DNA of 64,000 nucleotides from Octopus vulgaris (GCA_951406725.2 CATOCA020000001.1:10292001-10356000), one strand, 5' to 3'. Positions 52,383-64,000 are shown, numbered from the stretch's first letter. The notes: generated by a model from the sequence alone, not told the origin. Program-made: numbers and translations.

Positions 52383-55300
52383 GTCATTTTATCGATCTCG
52401 TTTGGCGTCCCGCTACGTCATTTCATCGATTTCCTTTAGCGGTCCGCTACGTCATTTTATCGATCTGGTTTGGCGGTCCACTAGGTCATTTTATCGATCT
52501 TGTTTGGCGGTCCGCTGGTTATTCTATCGATCTCGTTTGGCGGTCCGCTAAGTCATTTTATCGATCGCGATTGGCGGTCCGCGTATTCATTTTATCGATC
52601 CCATTTGGCGGTCCGTAAGTCACTTTATCGATCTCGTTCGTCCGAACCACTAGATCATTTTATCGATCTCGTTTGGCGGTCCGCTAATTCATTTCATAGA
52701 TTTCGTTTGGCGGTCCACTACGTCATTTTATCGGTCTCGTTTGGCTGTCAACTGAGTCATTTTATCGATCTCGTTTGGCGGTCCGCTAAGTCATTTTATC
52801 GATCTCGTTTCCCGTTCCGCTAATTCATTTTATCGATCTCGTTTGCCGGTCCGCTAGGTCATTTTATCGATCATGTTTGGCAGTCCGCAAAGTCATTTTA
52901 TCGATCTCGTTTGGTGGTCCACTAATGCATTTTATCGATCTCGATTGGCGGTCCGCTGTCATTTTATCGATCACTTTTGGCGGTCCACTCGGTCATTTCA
53001 TCGATCTCGTTTGGCAAACCGCTAAGTCATTTTATCGATCTCGTTTGGCGGTCCGCTAATTCATTTTATCGATCTCGTTTGGCGGTACGCTAAGTCATTT
53101 TGTCGATCTCGTTTGGTGGTCCGCTAATTCATTTTATCGATCTCGTTTGGTGGTCCGCTAATTCATTTTATCGATCTCGTTTGGTAGTCCGCTAATTCAT
53201 TTTATCGATCTCTTTTGGCAGTTCGCTAGGTCATTTTGTCGATCTTGTTTAGCGGTCTGCTAATTCATTTTATCGTACTCGTTTAGCGATCCGCTAAGTC
53301 ATTTCATCGATCTCGTTTGGTGAACCGCTAGGTCATTTCATCGATCTCGTTTGGCAAACCGCTAGGTCATTTTATCGATCTCGATTGGCAGTCCGCTATG
53401 TCATTTTATCGATCTCGTTTGGCGGTCCACTAAGTTATTTTACCGATCTCGTTTGGTGGTCCACTCGGTCATTTTATCGATCTCGTATGGCGGTCCACTC
53501 GGTCATTTTATCGATCTCGTTTCGCGGTCCGCTACATCATTTTGTCAATCTCGTTTAGCAGTCTGCTAGGTCATTTTATCGATCTCGTTTGGTGGTCCAC
53601 TAATTCATTTTATCGATCTCATTTGGCGGTCCGCTGAGTCATTTTGTCGATCTCGTTTGGCGGTCCGCTAGTTCAATTTGTCGATCTCCTTTAACGGTCC
53701 GCTATGTCATTTTATCGATCTCCGTTGGTGGTCCGCTAGGTCATTTTATCGATGTCGTTTAGTTGTCCGCTAAGTCAATTTATCGATCTCGTTTGGTGTC
53801 CCGCAAAGTCATGTTATCGATCTCGTTTGGTGGTCCGCTAAGTCATTACGTCGGTCTCGTTTGGCTGTCCTGTAGCTCATTTTATCCGTCGCGATTGGCG
53901 GACCACTAATTCATTTTATCGACTCATTTGGCGGTCCACTATATCATTTTATCCGTCTCGATTGGCAGACCGCTAACTCATTTTATCGATCAATTTTGGC
54001 GATCCGCTAAGTCATTTTACCGATCTCGTTTGGTGAACCGCTAAGTCTTTTTATCGATCCCCTTTCGTGAACCGCTAGATCATTTTATCGATCACGTTTG
54101 GCGGTCCCCAAGGTCATTTTATTGAACTCGTTTGTCGGTCCACTGTCATTTTATCGATCTCGTTTGGTGGTCCAATAGGTCATTTTATCGAACTGGTTTG
54201 ACGGTCCGCTAAGTCATTTTATCGATCTCATTCGGTGGTCCGCTAAGTAATTTATCGATCTCGTTTGGCGGTCCGCTAAGTCATTATATCCGTCTCGATT
54301 GGCGGTCCGCTATGTCATTTTATCGATCTCGTTTGGTGGTGCGCTGAGTCATTTCATCGGTCTCGTTTAGCGATCCGCTAGACATTTCATCGATCTCGTT
54401 TGGTGAACCGCTAGGTCATTTCATCGATCTCGTTTGGCAAACCGCTAAGTCATTTTATCGAATTCGTTTAGCGGTCTGCTAAGTCATTTTATCGATAAAG
54501 TTTCGTGGTCCGCTAAGTCATTTTATCGATCTCGTTTGGCGGTCTGCTAACTCATTTTATCGATCTCGTTTGGTGGTCCGCTAAGTCATTTTATCGATCT
54601 CGTTTGGTGGTCCGCTAATTCATTTTATCGATCTCGTTTGGTGGTCCGCTGATTCATTTTATCGATCTCGTTTTGTGGTCCACTAAGTCATTTTATGGAT
54701 CTCGTCTGGCGGTCCGCTAAGTCATTCTATCGATATCGCTTCATCGTCTGCTAAGTCATTTTATCGATCTCGGTTTGTGGTCAACAAGGTCATTTTATCG
54801 ATCTCGTTTGGCGGTCCGCTGTCATTTTATCGATCACGTTTGGCGGACCACTCGATCATTTTATCGATATCGTTTGGCGGTCCGCCAGATCATTTTGTCG
54901 ATCTCGTTTAACGCTCCGCTAAGTCATTTGCGAACCACCAAACGAAATCTCGTTTGGCGGTTGGCTAGGTCATTTTATCGATCTCATTTGGTGGTTCGCT
55001 AAGTCATTTTATCGATCTCGTTTGGCAGTCCACTGATTCATTTTATCGATCTCGTTTGGCGGTCCGCTAAGTCATTTTATAAATCTCGTTTGGTGAACCG
55101 CTAATTCATTTCATCGATCTCGTTTGCGGTCCGCTAGGCCATTTCATCCACCTCGATTGGCGGTCCGCTAAGTCATTTTATTGATCTAGTTTATTGGTCC
55201 GCTAATTCATTTTATCGATCCCGTTTGGTGGTCTGCTAATTCATTTTATCGATCTCTTTTGGCGGTCCGCTAGGTCATTTTGTCGATCTCGTTTAGCGGT

Positions 55301-58300
55301 CCGCTATATCATTTTATCGATCTCGTTTGGTGGTCCACTAATTATTTTTATCGATCTCGCTTGGCGGTCCACTAACTCATTTTATCGATCTCGTTTGGCG
55401 GTCCGCTAGGTCATTTTATCGATCTCGTTTCGCGGTCCGCCAGATCATTTTGTCGATCTCGTTTAACGCTCCGCTAAGTCATTTGCGGACCACCAAACGA
55501 GATCTCGTATGGAGGTCAGCTCAATTATTTTATCGATCACGTTTGGTGGTCAGCTAATTCATTTTATCGATCTCGTTTGGTGGTCCGCTAGGTCATTTTA
55601 TCGATCTCGTTTGGTGGTCCGCTAATTCATTTTATCGATCTCGTTTGGCGGTCCGCTAAGTCATTCTATCGATATCGCTTCATCGTCTGCTAAGTCATTT
55701 TATCGATCTCGTTTGGCGGTCCACTAAGTCATTTTATCGATCTCGTTTGGCGGTCCGCTGTCATTTTATCGATCTCGTTTGGCGGTCCACTCGTTCATTT
55801 TATCGATCTCGTTTGGCGGTCCGCCAGATCATTTTGTCGATCTCGTTTAACGCTCCGCTAATGCATTTGCGGACCACCAAACGAGAGCTCGTTTGGCGGT
55901 CGGCTAGGTCATTTTATCGATCTCGTTTGGTGGTCCGCTAATTCATTTTATCGATCTCGTTTGGTGGTCCGCTAAGTCATTTTATCTTTCTCGTTTGGTG
56001 GTCCGCTAACTCATTTTATCGGTCTCGTTTGGCGATCCACTAAGTCATTTCATCAATCTTGTTTGGTGAACCGCTAATTCATTTCATCGATCTCGTTTGG
56101 CGGTCCGCTAGGCCATTTCATCCACCTCGATTGGCGGTCCGCTAAGTCATTTTATTGATCTAGTTTATTGGTCCGCTAATTCATTTTATCGATCTCGTTT
56201 GGTGGTCCACTAATTATTTTTATCGATCTCGTTTAGCGGTCCGCTATATCATTTTATCGATCATCGTTTGGTGGTCTGCTAAGTCATTATATCGATCTCA
56301 CTTGGCGGTCCACAAACTAATTTAATCGATCTCGTTTGGCGGTCCGCTATGTCATTTTATCCGTCTCGATTGGCGGTCCGATAAGTCATTTTATCGATCT
56401 CGTTTGGCGGTCCGCTATGTCATTTTGTCGTCTCGGTTAGCGGTCCGCTAGGTCATTTTATCGATCATGTTTGGCGGTCCACTCGTTCATTTTATCGATC
56501 TTGTTTGGTGGTCCGCTAGGTCATTTTGTCGATCTCGTTTGGTGGTCCGCTAAGTCATTTAATCTATCTTGTTTGGTTGTCCGCTAATTCATTTTATCGA
56601 TCTCGTTTGGTGGTCCACTAATTATTTTTATCGATCTCGTTTAGCGGTCCGCTATATCATTTTATCGATCTCGTTTGGTGGTCTGCTAAGTCATTATATC
56701 GATCTCGCTTGGCGGTCCACTAACTCATTTTATCGATCTCGTTTGGCGGTCCGCTAGGTCATTTTATCGATCTCGTTTCGCGGTCCGCCAGATCATTTTG
56801 TCGATCTCGTTTAACGCTCCACAAGGTCATTTGCGGACCACCGAACGAGATCTCGTTTGGCGGTCGGCTAAGTCATTTTATCGATCCCGTTTGGTGGTCC
56901 GCTAAGTCATTTTATCGATCTCGTTAGGTGGTCCGCTAGGTCATTTCATCGATCTCGTTTGGCAGTCCGCTGATTCATTTTATCGGTCTCCTTTGGCGAT
57001 CCGCTAAGTCATTTCATCAATCTTGTTTGGTGAACCGCTAATTCATTTCATCGATCTCGTTTGGCGGTCCGCTAGGCCATTTCATCCACCTCGATTGGCT
57101 GTCCGCTAAGTCATTTTATTGATCTAGTTTATTGGTCCGCTAATTCATTTTATCGATCTCGTTTGGTGGTCCACTAATTATTTTTATCGATCTCGTTTAG
57201 CGGTCCGCTATATCATTTTATCGATCTCGTTTGGTGGTCCGCTAAGTCATTTTATCGATCTCGTTTGGTGGTCCACTAACTCATTTTATCGATCTCGTTT
57301 GGTGGTCCGCTAAGTCATTTTATCGATCTCGTTTGGCGGTCCGCTAAGTCATTTTATCGATCTCGTTTGGCGGTCCACTAAGTCATTTTATCGATCTCGT
57401 TTGGCGGTCCGCTAGGCCATTATATCCACTTCGATTGGCGGTCCGCTAAGTCATTTTATCGATCTCGTTTGGTGGTCCGCTAATTCATTTTATTGATTTC
57501 TTTTGGCGGTCCGCTAGGCCATATTATCCACCTCGATTGGCGGTCCGCTAAGTCATTTTATTGATCTAGTTTATTGGTCCGCTAATTCATTTTATCGATC
57601 TCGTTTGGTGGTCCGCTAATTCATTTTATCGATCTCGCTTGGCGGTCCACTAACTCATTTAATCGATCTCGGTTGGTGGTCCGCTAAGTCATTTTATCGA
57701 TCTCGCTTGGCGGTCCACTAAGTCATTTTATCGATCTCGTTTGGCGGTCCACTGTCATTTTATCGATCCCGTTTGGCGGACCACTCGATCATTTTATTGA
57801 TCTTGTTTGGCGGTCCGCTCAGATCATTTTGTCGATCTCGTTTAACGCTCCGCTAAGTCATTTGCAGACCACCAAACGATATCTCGTTTCGCGGTCAGCT
57901 AAGTCATTTTATCCATCTCGTTTGGTGGTCCTCTAAGTCATTTTATCGATCTCGTTTTGTGGTCTGCTAAGTCATTTTATCGATCTCGTTTGGCGGTCCG
58001 CTAAGTCATTTTATCCACTTCGATTGGCGGTCCGCTAAGTCATTTTATCGATCTCGTTTATTGGTCCTCTAATTCATTTTATCGATCTCGTTTGGCAGTC
58101 CGCTATATCATTTTATCGATCTCGGATTGCGGTCCACTAAGTCATTTTATCGATCTCGTTTGGCGGTCCACTGTCATTTTATCGATCCCGTTTGGCGGAC
58201 CACTCGATCATTTTATTGATCTTGTTTGGCGGTCCGCCAGATCATTTTGTCGATCTCGTTTAACGCTCCGCTAAGTCATTTGCAGACCACCAAACGAGAT

Positions 58301-61204
58301 CTCGTTTGGCGGTCGGCTAGGTCATTTTATCGATCTCGTTTGGTGGTCCGCTAAGTCATTTTATCGATCTCGTTTGGTGGTCTGCTAATTCATTTTATCG
58401 ATCTCGTTTGGCGGTCCACTGAGTCATTTTGTCGATCACGTTTAACGGTCCGCTAAGTCTTTTTATCGATCTCGTTTATTGGTCCTCTAATTCATTTTAT
58501 CGATCTCGTTTGGTGGTCCGCTAATTCTTTTTTTCGATCTGTTTTGGCGGTCCGCTAGGTAATTTTGTCGGTCTCATTTAGCGGTCCGCTAAATCATTTT
58601 ATCGATCTCGTTTGGCGGTCCGCTAGTGCATTTTTTCGATCTCGTTTAACGCTCCGCTAAATCATTTGCGGACCACCGAACGATATCTCGTTTGGCGGTC
58701 GGCTAAGTCATTTTATCGATCTCGTTTGGTGGTCCACTAAGTCATTTTATCTATCTTGTTTGGTTGTCCGCTAAGTCATTTTATGGATCTCGTTTGGCGG
58801 TCCGCTAAGTCATTCTATCGATATCGCTTCATCGTCTGCTAAGTCATTTTATCGATCTCGGTTTGCGGTCCACTAAGTCATTATATCGATCTCGTTTGGC
58901 GGTCCACTGTCATTTTATCGATCCAGTTTGGCGGACCACTCGGTCATTTTATCGATCTCGTTTGGCGGTCCGCCAGATCATTTTGTCGATCTCGTTTAAC
59001 GCTCCACTAGGTCATTTGCGGACCACCAAACGAGATCTCGTTTGGCGGTCGGCTAAGTCATTTTATCGATCTCGTTTGGTGGTCCGCTAAGTCATTTTAT
59101 CGATCTCGTTTGGCAGTCCGCTGATTCATATTATCGGTCTCGTTTGGCGATCCGCTAACTCATTTCATCAATCTCGTTTGGTGAACCGCTAATTCATTTC
59201 ATCGATCTCGTTTGGCGGTCCGCTAGCCCATTTTATCCACCTCGATTAGCGGTCCGCTAAGTCATTTTATTGATCTAGTTTATTGGTCCGCTAATTCATT
59301 TTATCGATCTCGTTTGGTGGTCCGCTAATTCATTTTATCGATCTCTTTTGGCGGTCCGCTAGGTCATTTTGTCAATCTCGTTTAGCGGTCCGCTATATCA
59401 TTTTATCGATCTCGTTTGGTGGTCCACTAACTCATTTTATCGATCTTGTTTGGCGGTCCGCTAGGTCATTTTATCCATCTCGATTCGTGGTCCGCAAAGT
59501 CATTTTATCGATCACGTTTGGCGGTCCACTCGTTCATTTTATCGATCTCGTTTGGTGGTCCGCTAAGTCATTTTATCGATTTCTTTTGGCGGTTCGCTAG
59601 GTCATTTTGTCGATCTCGTTTAGCGTTCCGCTATTTATTTTTTCGATCTCGTTTGGTGGTCCACTAACTCATTTTATCGATCTCGTTTGGCTGTCCGCTA
59701 TGTCATTTTGTCGATCTCGGTTAGCGGTCCGCTAAGTCATTTTATCGATCATGTTTGGCGGGCCACTCGTTCATTTTATCGATCTCGTTTGGTGGTCCGC
59801 TAAGTCATTTTATCGATCTCTTTTGGCGGTTCGCTAGGTCATTTTGTCGATCTCGTTTAGCGGTCCGCTATTTATTTTTTCGATCTCGTTTGGTGGTCCG
59901 CTAATTCATTTTATCGATCTCTTTTGGCGGTCCGCTAGGTCATTTTGTCGATCTCGTTCAGCGGTCCCCAATATCCGCGTTTGGTGGTTAAGTCATTTTA
60001 TCGATCTCGCTTGGCGGTCCACTAACTCATTTTATCGATCTCGTTTGGCGGTCCGCTAGATCATTTTATCGATCTCGGTGTGCGGTCCACTAAGTCATTT
60101 TATCGATCTAGTTTGGCGGTCCGCTGTCATTTTATCGATCCCGTTTGGCGGACCACTCGATCATTTTGTCGATCTCGTTTCACACGCTCCGCTAAGTAAT
60201 TTGCGGACCACCAAACGAGATCTCGTTTGGCGGTCGGCTAGGTCATTTTATCGATCTCGTTTGGTGGTCCGCTAAGTCATTTTATCGATCTCGTTTGGTG
60301 GTCCGCTAAGTCATTTTATCGATCTCGTTTGGCAGTCCGCTGATTCATTTTATCGGTCTCGTTTGGCGATCCGCTAAGTCATTTCATCAATCTTGTTTGG
60401 TGAACCGCTAATTCATTTCATCGATTTCGTTTGGCGGCCCGCTAGGCCATTTTATCCACCTCGATTGGCGATCCGTTAAGTCATTTTATTGATCTAGTTT
60501 ATTGGTCCGCTAATTCATTTTATCGATCTCGTTTGGTGGTCCGCTAATTCATTTTATCGATCTCTTTTGGCGGTCCACTAGGTCATTTTGTCGATCTCGT
60601 TTAGCGGCCCGCTACTTCATTTTATCGATCTCGTTTGGTGGTCCACTAATTATTTTTATCGATCTCTTTTGGCGGTCCACTTAGTCATTTTATCGATCTA
60701 GTTTGGTGGTCCGCTATGTCATTTTGTCGATCTTGGTTAGTAGTCCGCTAAGACATTTTATCGATCTAGTTTGGCGGTCCCTAGTTCATTTTATCGATCT
60801 CGTTTGGTGGTCCGCTAATTCATTTTATCGATCTCTTTTGGCGGTCCACTAGGTCATTTTGTCGATCTCGTTTAGCGGTCCGCTATATCATTTTATCGAT
60901 CTCGGTTGGTGGTCCGCTAATGCATATTATCGATCTCGCTTGGCGGTCCACTTAGTCATTTTATCGATCTAGTTTGGTGGTCTGCTATGTCATTTTGTCG
61001 ATCTTGGTTAGTAGTCCGCTAAGACATTTTATCGATCTAGTTTGGCGGTCCACTCGTTCATTTTATCGATCTCGTTTGGTGGTCCGCTAGTTCATTTTAT
61101 CGATCTCTTTTGGCGGTTCACTAGTTCATTTTGTCGATCTCGTTTAGCGGTCCGCTATATCATTTTATCGATCTCGTTTGGTGGTCCTCTAAGTCATTTT
61201 ATCG

Positions 61205-61450
61205 GCAGAATCGGGTGCTCCCGTAGGTACATCGAACAAGGTATATACCTAGTAAGTCTGTACCTTGTGCAGAGTCCGGTGCTCGATCTCGTTAGAATCC
61301 GGTTTTCCCGTAGGTACATCAGAACAAGGTAAATACCTAGTAAGTCTGTAGCTTGTGCAGAGTCCGGTGCTTTAACGTACATCAGAGCAAGGTAAATACC
61401 TAGTCAAGTCTGTATCTTGTGCAGAGTCCGGTGCTCCCGTAGGTACATTA
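61205..61450 (+). repeat. 65-bp satellite patch inside the 34-bp array
   Basis: About 3.5 monomers of the 65-mer, itself interrupted by an 11-bp 34-mer fragment TCGATCTCGTT at 61283-61293. Confidence 0.93.
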
Positions 61451-61521
61451 TCCATCTCGTTTGGTGGTCCTCTAAGTCATTTTATCGATCTCGTTTTGTG
61501 GTCTGCTAAGTCATTTTATCG

Positions 61522-61563
61522 AGTAAGTCTGTACCTTGTGCAGAGTCCGTTGCTCCCGTAGGT
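61522..61563 (+). repeat. Partial 65-bp monomer inside the 34-bp array
   Basis: AGTAAGTCTGTACCTTGTGCAGAGTCCGTTGCTCCCGTAGGT. Confidence 0.92.
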
Positions 61564-62655
61564 GGTCTGCTAGGTCATTTCATCGATCTCGTTTGGCAGT
61601 CCACTGATTCATTTTATCGGTCTCGTTTGGCGATCCGCTAAGTCATTTCATCGATCTTGTTTGGTGAACCACTAATTCATTTCATCGATCGCGTTTGGCG
61701 GTCCGCTAGGCCATTTTATCCACCTCGATTGGCGGTCCGCTAAATCATTTTATTTATCTAGTTTATTGGTCCACTAATTCATTTTATCGATCTCGTTTGG
61801 TGCTCCGCTAATTCATTTTATCGATCTCTTTTAGCGGTCCGCTAGGTTATTTTGTCGAGCTCGTTTAGCGGTCCGCTATATCATTTTATCGATCTCGTTT
61901 GGCAGTCTGCTGATTCATTTTATCGGTCTCGTTTGGCTATCCGCTAAGTCATTTATCAATCTCGTTTGGTGAACCGCTAATTCATTTCATCGATCTCGGT
62001 TGGCGGTCCGTTAGGCCATTTTATCCACCTCAATTGGCGTCCGCTGAGTCATTTTATTGATCTAGTTTATTGGTCCACTAATTCATTTTATCGATCTCGT
62101 TTGGTGGTCCGCTAATTCATTTTATTGATTTCTTTTGGCGTCCGCTAGGCCATATTATCCACTCGATTGGCGGTCCGCTAAGTCATTTTATTGATCTAGT
62201 TTATTGGTCCGCTAATTCATTTTATCGATCTCGTTTGGTGGTCCACTAATTCATTTATCGATCTCCTTTGTGGCTGGTCATTTTCGATCTCGTTTGGTGG
62301 TCCGCTAGTCATTTATCATTTTAGTCATTTATATCTCGTTTGTGGTCCGCTAATCATTTTATCGATCTCGTTGGCGGTCCGCTAATCATTTTATCGATCT
62401 CGTTTGGCGGTCCGCTAAGTCATTTTATCGATCTCGTTTGCGGTCCGCTAAGTCATTTTATCGATCTCGTTTGGCGGTCCGCTAAGTCATTTTATCATTT
62501 TGTTGGGACCGCTTTTTAATTTTCGATCTAAGTCATTTTCAACTCTTTGCGAACCGCTAAGTCTTTGGGTCAATAAGTCATTTTATCGATCTCGTTTGGT
62601 GGTCCGCTAAGTCATTTTATCGATCTCGTTTGGTGGTCCGCTGGTCATTTTATCG

Positions 62656-62832
62656 ATCCGGTGCTCTCGTAGGTACATCAGAACAAGGTAAATACCTAGG
62701 AAGTCTGTACCTTGTGCAGAGGTAAGTCTGTAGCTTGTGCAGAATCCGGTGTTCCCGTAGGTACATCAGAGCAAGGTAAATACCTCAGAACAAGGTAAAT
62801 ACCTAGTAAGTCTGTATCATTGTGCAGAGTCC
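62656..62832 (+). repeat. Rearranged 65-bp satellite patch
   Basis: 65-mer sequence with internal jumps, flanked by 34-mer on both sides. Confidence 0.92.
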
Positions 62833-62901
62833 TTTTATCGATCTCGTTTGTTGGTCCGCTAAGTTATTTTATCGATCTGGTTTGGTGGTCCGCTAGGTCA
62901 T

Positions 62902-63024
62902 AACAAGGTAAATACCTAGTAAGTCTGTAGCTTGTGCAGAGTCCGGTGCTCCCGTAGGTACATCAGAACAAGGTAAATACCTAGTAAGTCTGTAGCTTGT
63001 GCAGAGTCCGGTGCTCCCGTATGT
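62902..63024 (+). repeat. 65-bp satellite, about 2 monomers, left arm of a fold-back
   Basis: Consensus plus-strand monomers up to the GTAC at 63023-63026. Confidence 0.95.
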
Positions 63025-63653
63025 ACCTACGGGAGCACCGGATTCTGCACAAGCTACAGACTTACTAGGTATTTACCTTGTTCTGATGTGCCCGTGGGAG
63101 CACCGGATTCTGCACAAGCTACAGACTTACTAGTTATTTACCTTGTTCTGATGTACCTACGGGAGCACCGGACTCTGCACAAGCTACAGACTTACTAGGT
63201 ATATACCTTGTTCTGATGTACCTACGGGAGCACCGGACTCTGCACAAGCTACAGACTTACAAGGTATTTACCTTGTTCTGATGTACCTACGGGAGCACCG
63301 GACTCTGCACAAGCTACAGACTTACTAGGTATTTACCTTGTGCTGATGTACCTACGGGAGCACCGGACTCTGCACAAGCTACAGACATACTAGGTATTTA
63401 TCTCGTTCTGATGTACCTACGGGGGCACCGGATTCTGCACAAGCTACAGACTTACTAGGTATTTACCTTGTTCTGATGTACCTACGGGAGCACCGGTCTC
63501 TGCACAAGCTACAGACTTACTAGGTATTTACCTTGTTCTGATGTACCTACGGGAGCACCGGTCTCTGCACAAGCTACAGACTTACTAGGTATTTACCTTG
63601 TTCTGATGTACCTACGGGAGCACCGGACTCTGCACAAGCTACAGACTTACTAG
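63025..63653 (-). repeat. 65-bp satellite in inverted orientation, about 9.5 monomers
   Basis: ACCTACGGGAGCACCGGACTCTGCACAAGCTACAGACTTACTAGGTATTTACCTTGTTCTGATGT is the reverse complement of the consensus. Confidence 0.98.
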
Positions 63654-63654
63654 T

Positions 63655-64000
63655 CAACAGCAGCCATAATCCGAAAAGAAGAACAAGTCAACATCATCGG
63701 TAACCACTGAGCCGCAGGTTTTATGTCGGAGTTATCCCAGTTACCTGAGTTATCTTCTAGAAGGACACCCTAACAAAGGCTAGGAGTCCTTAACTCCCAA
63801 TGGTTTAACCGCGCGATCGAGTATTCAGTCCGATTATTTCTATGTCGCCGCGCATGATACACCTTAAGCAAAAAAAATTACACATTTATTGGATGGCCGT
63901 TGACTCTCAAGAGTTCCTCCGCCGTTTGAGGGATTTTATTTTTCATCCCGTAGGGTGTCCAATAAAAACCCTCCTCATCAAGCAAGCTTGGTGGGGTTAC
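63655..64000 (-). mobile_element. Second, partial copy of the 51733-52296 element, running off the window end
   Basis: Colinear with 51869-52205, with scattered substitutions and a 9-bp insertion (GAGTTATCT) near 63747. Confidence 0.85.

Larger units (their letters stand above)
52383..62900 (+). repeat. 34-bp satellite, subfamily B (…GGCGGTCCGCTAA); about 260 units to 61204, then interleaved with 65-mer pieces
   Basis: Consensus GTCATTTTATCGATCTCGTTTGGCGGTCCGCTAA in tandem, with recurrent variant monomers. Confidence 0.98.

Noticed and set aside
52383-61204. 34-bp partly palindromic repeat as a CRISPR array
   Set aside because: Units are directly adjacent with no unique spacers, there is no cas gene or leader, and the context is eukaryotic.
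47603-61382. ORFs in the 73-, 34- and 22-bp arrays and the CT-rich island
   Set aside because: They overlap in several frames and on both strands, are repetitive or low-complexity, and show no recognisable domain.
63135-63190. 65-mer reverse complement as a hammerhead satellite (CUUGU-u-CUGAUGU…ACAAG)
   Set aside because: It has CUGAUGU instead of CUGAUGA, no GAAA core strand, and no proper stem II or III.

Overview
Non-coding, satellite-dominated eukaryotic (metazoan-looking) DNA; I find no credible protein-coding gene, and nearly all tracked ORFs are translations of tandem or low-complexity repeats. Bases 1-46984 are one array of a 65-bp monomer (about 720 copies) with higher-order duplications and a near-invariant distal domain. 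After a short unique spacer with (TA)n come a degenerate ~73-bp GGAANNTTCC-based array (47645-49428), a diverged 34-bp array (49433-50443) and a 22-bp array (50444-50869). A 1.5-kb island follows, then a second 34-bp array (52383-62900) containing recurrent 36-bp fold-back palindromes. The island holds the best signals. One is a minus-strand minimal type I hammerhead ribozyme (51015-51055; compensatory U3-A8 core, palindromic stem III) inside a ~130-nt hairpin. The other is a ~560-bp dispersed element flanked by 13-bp (ATAC)n direct repeats, probably a non-autonomous RTE-type retroposon, with a partial second copy at the window end. The region 61205-63653 interleaves the two main satellites and inverts the 65-mer at a GTAC; it may be partly an assembly artefact. 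All of this was read by eye with no alignment or search tools, so copy numbers and boundaries are approximate.
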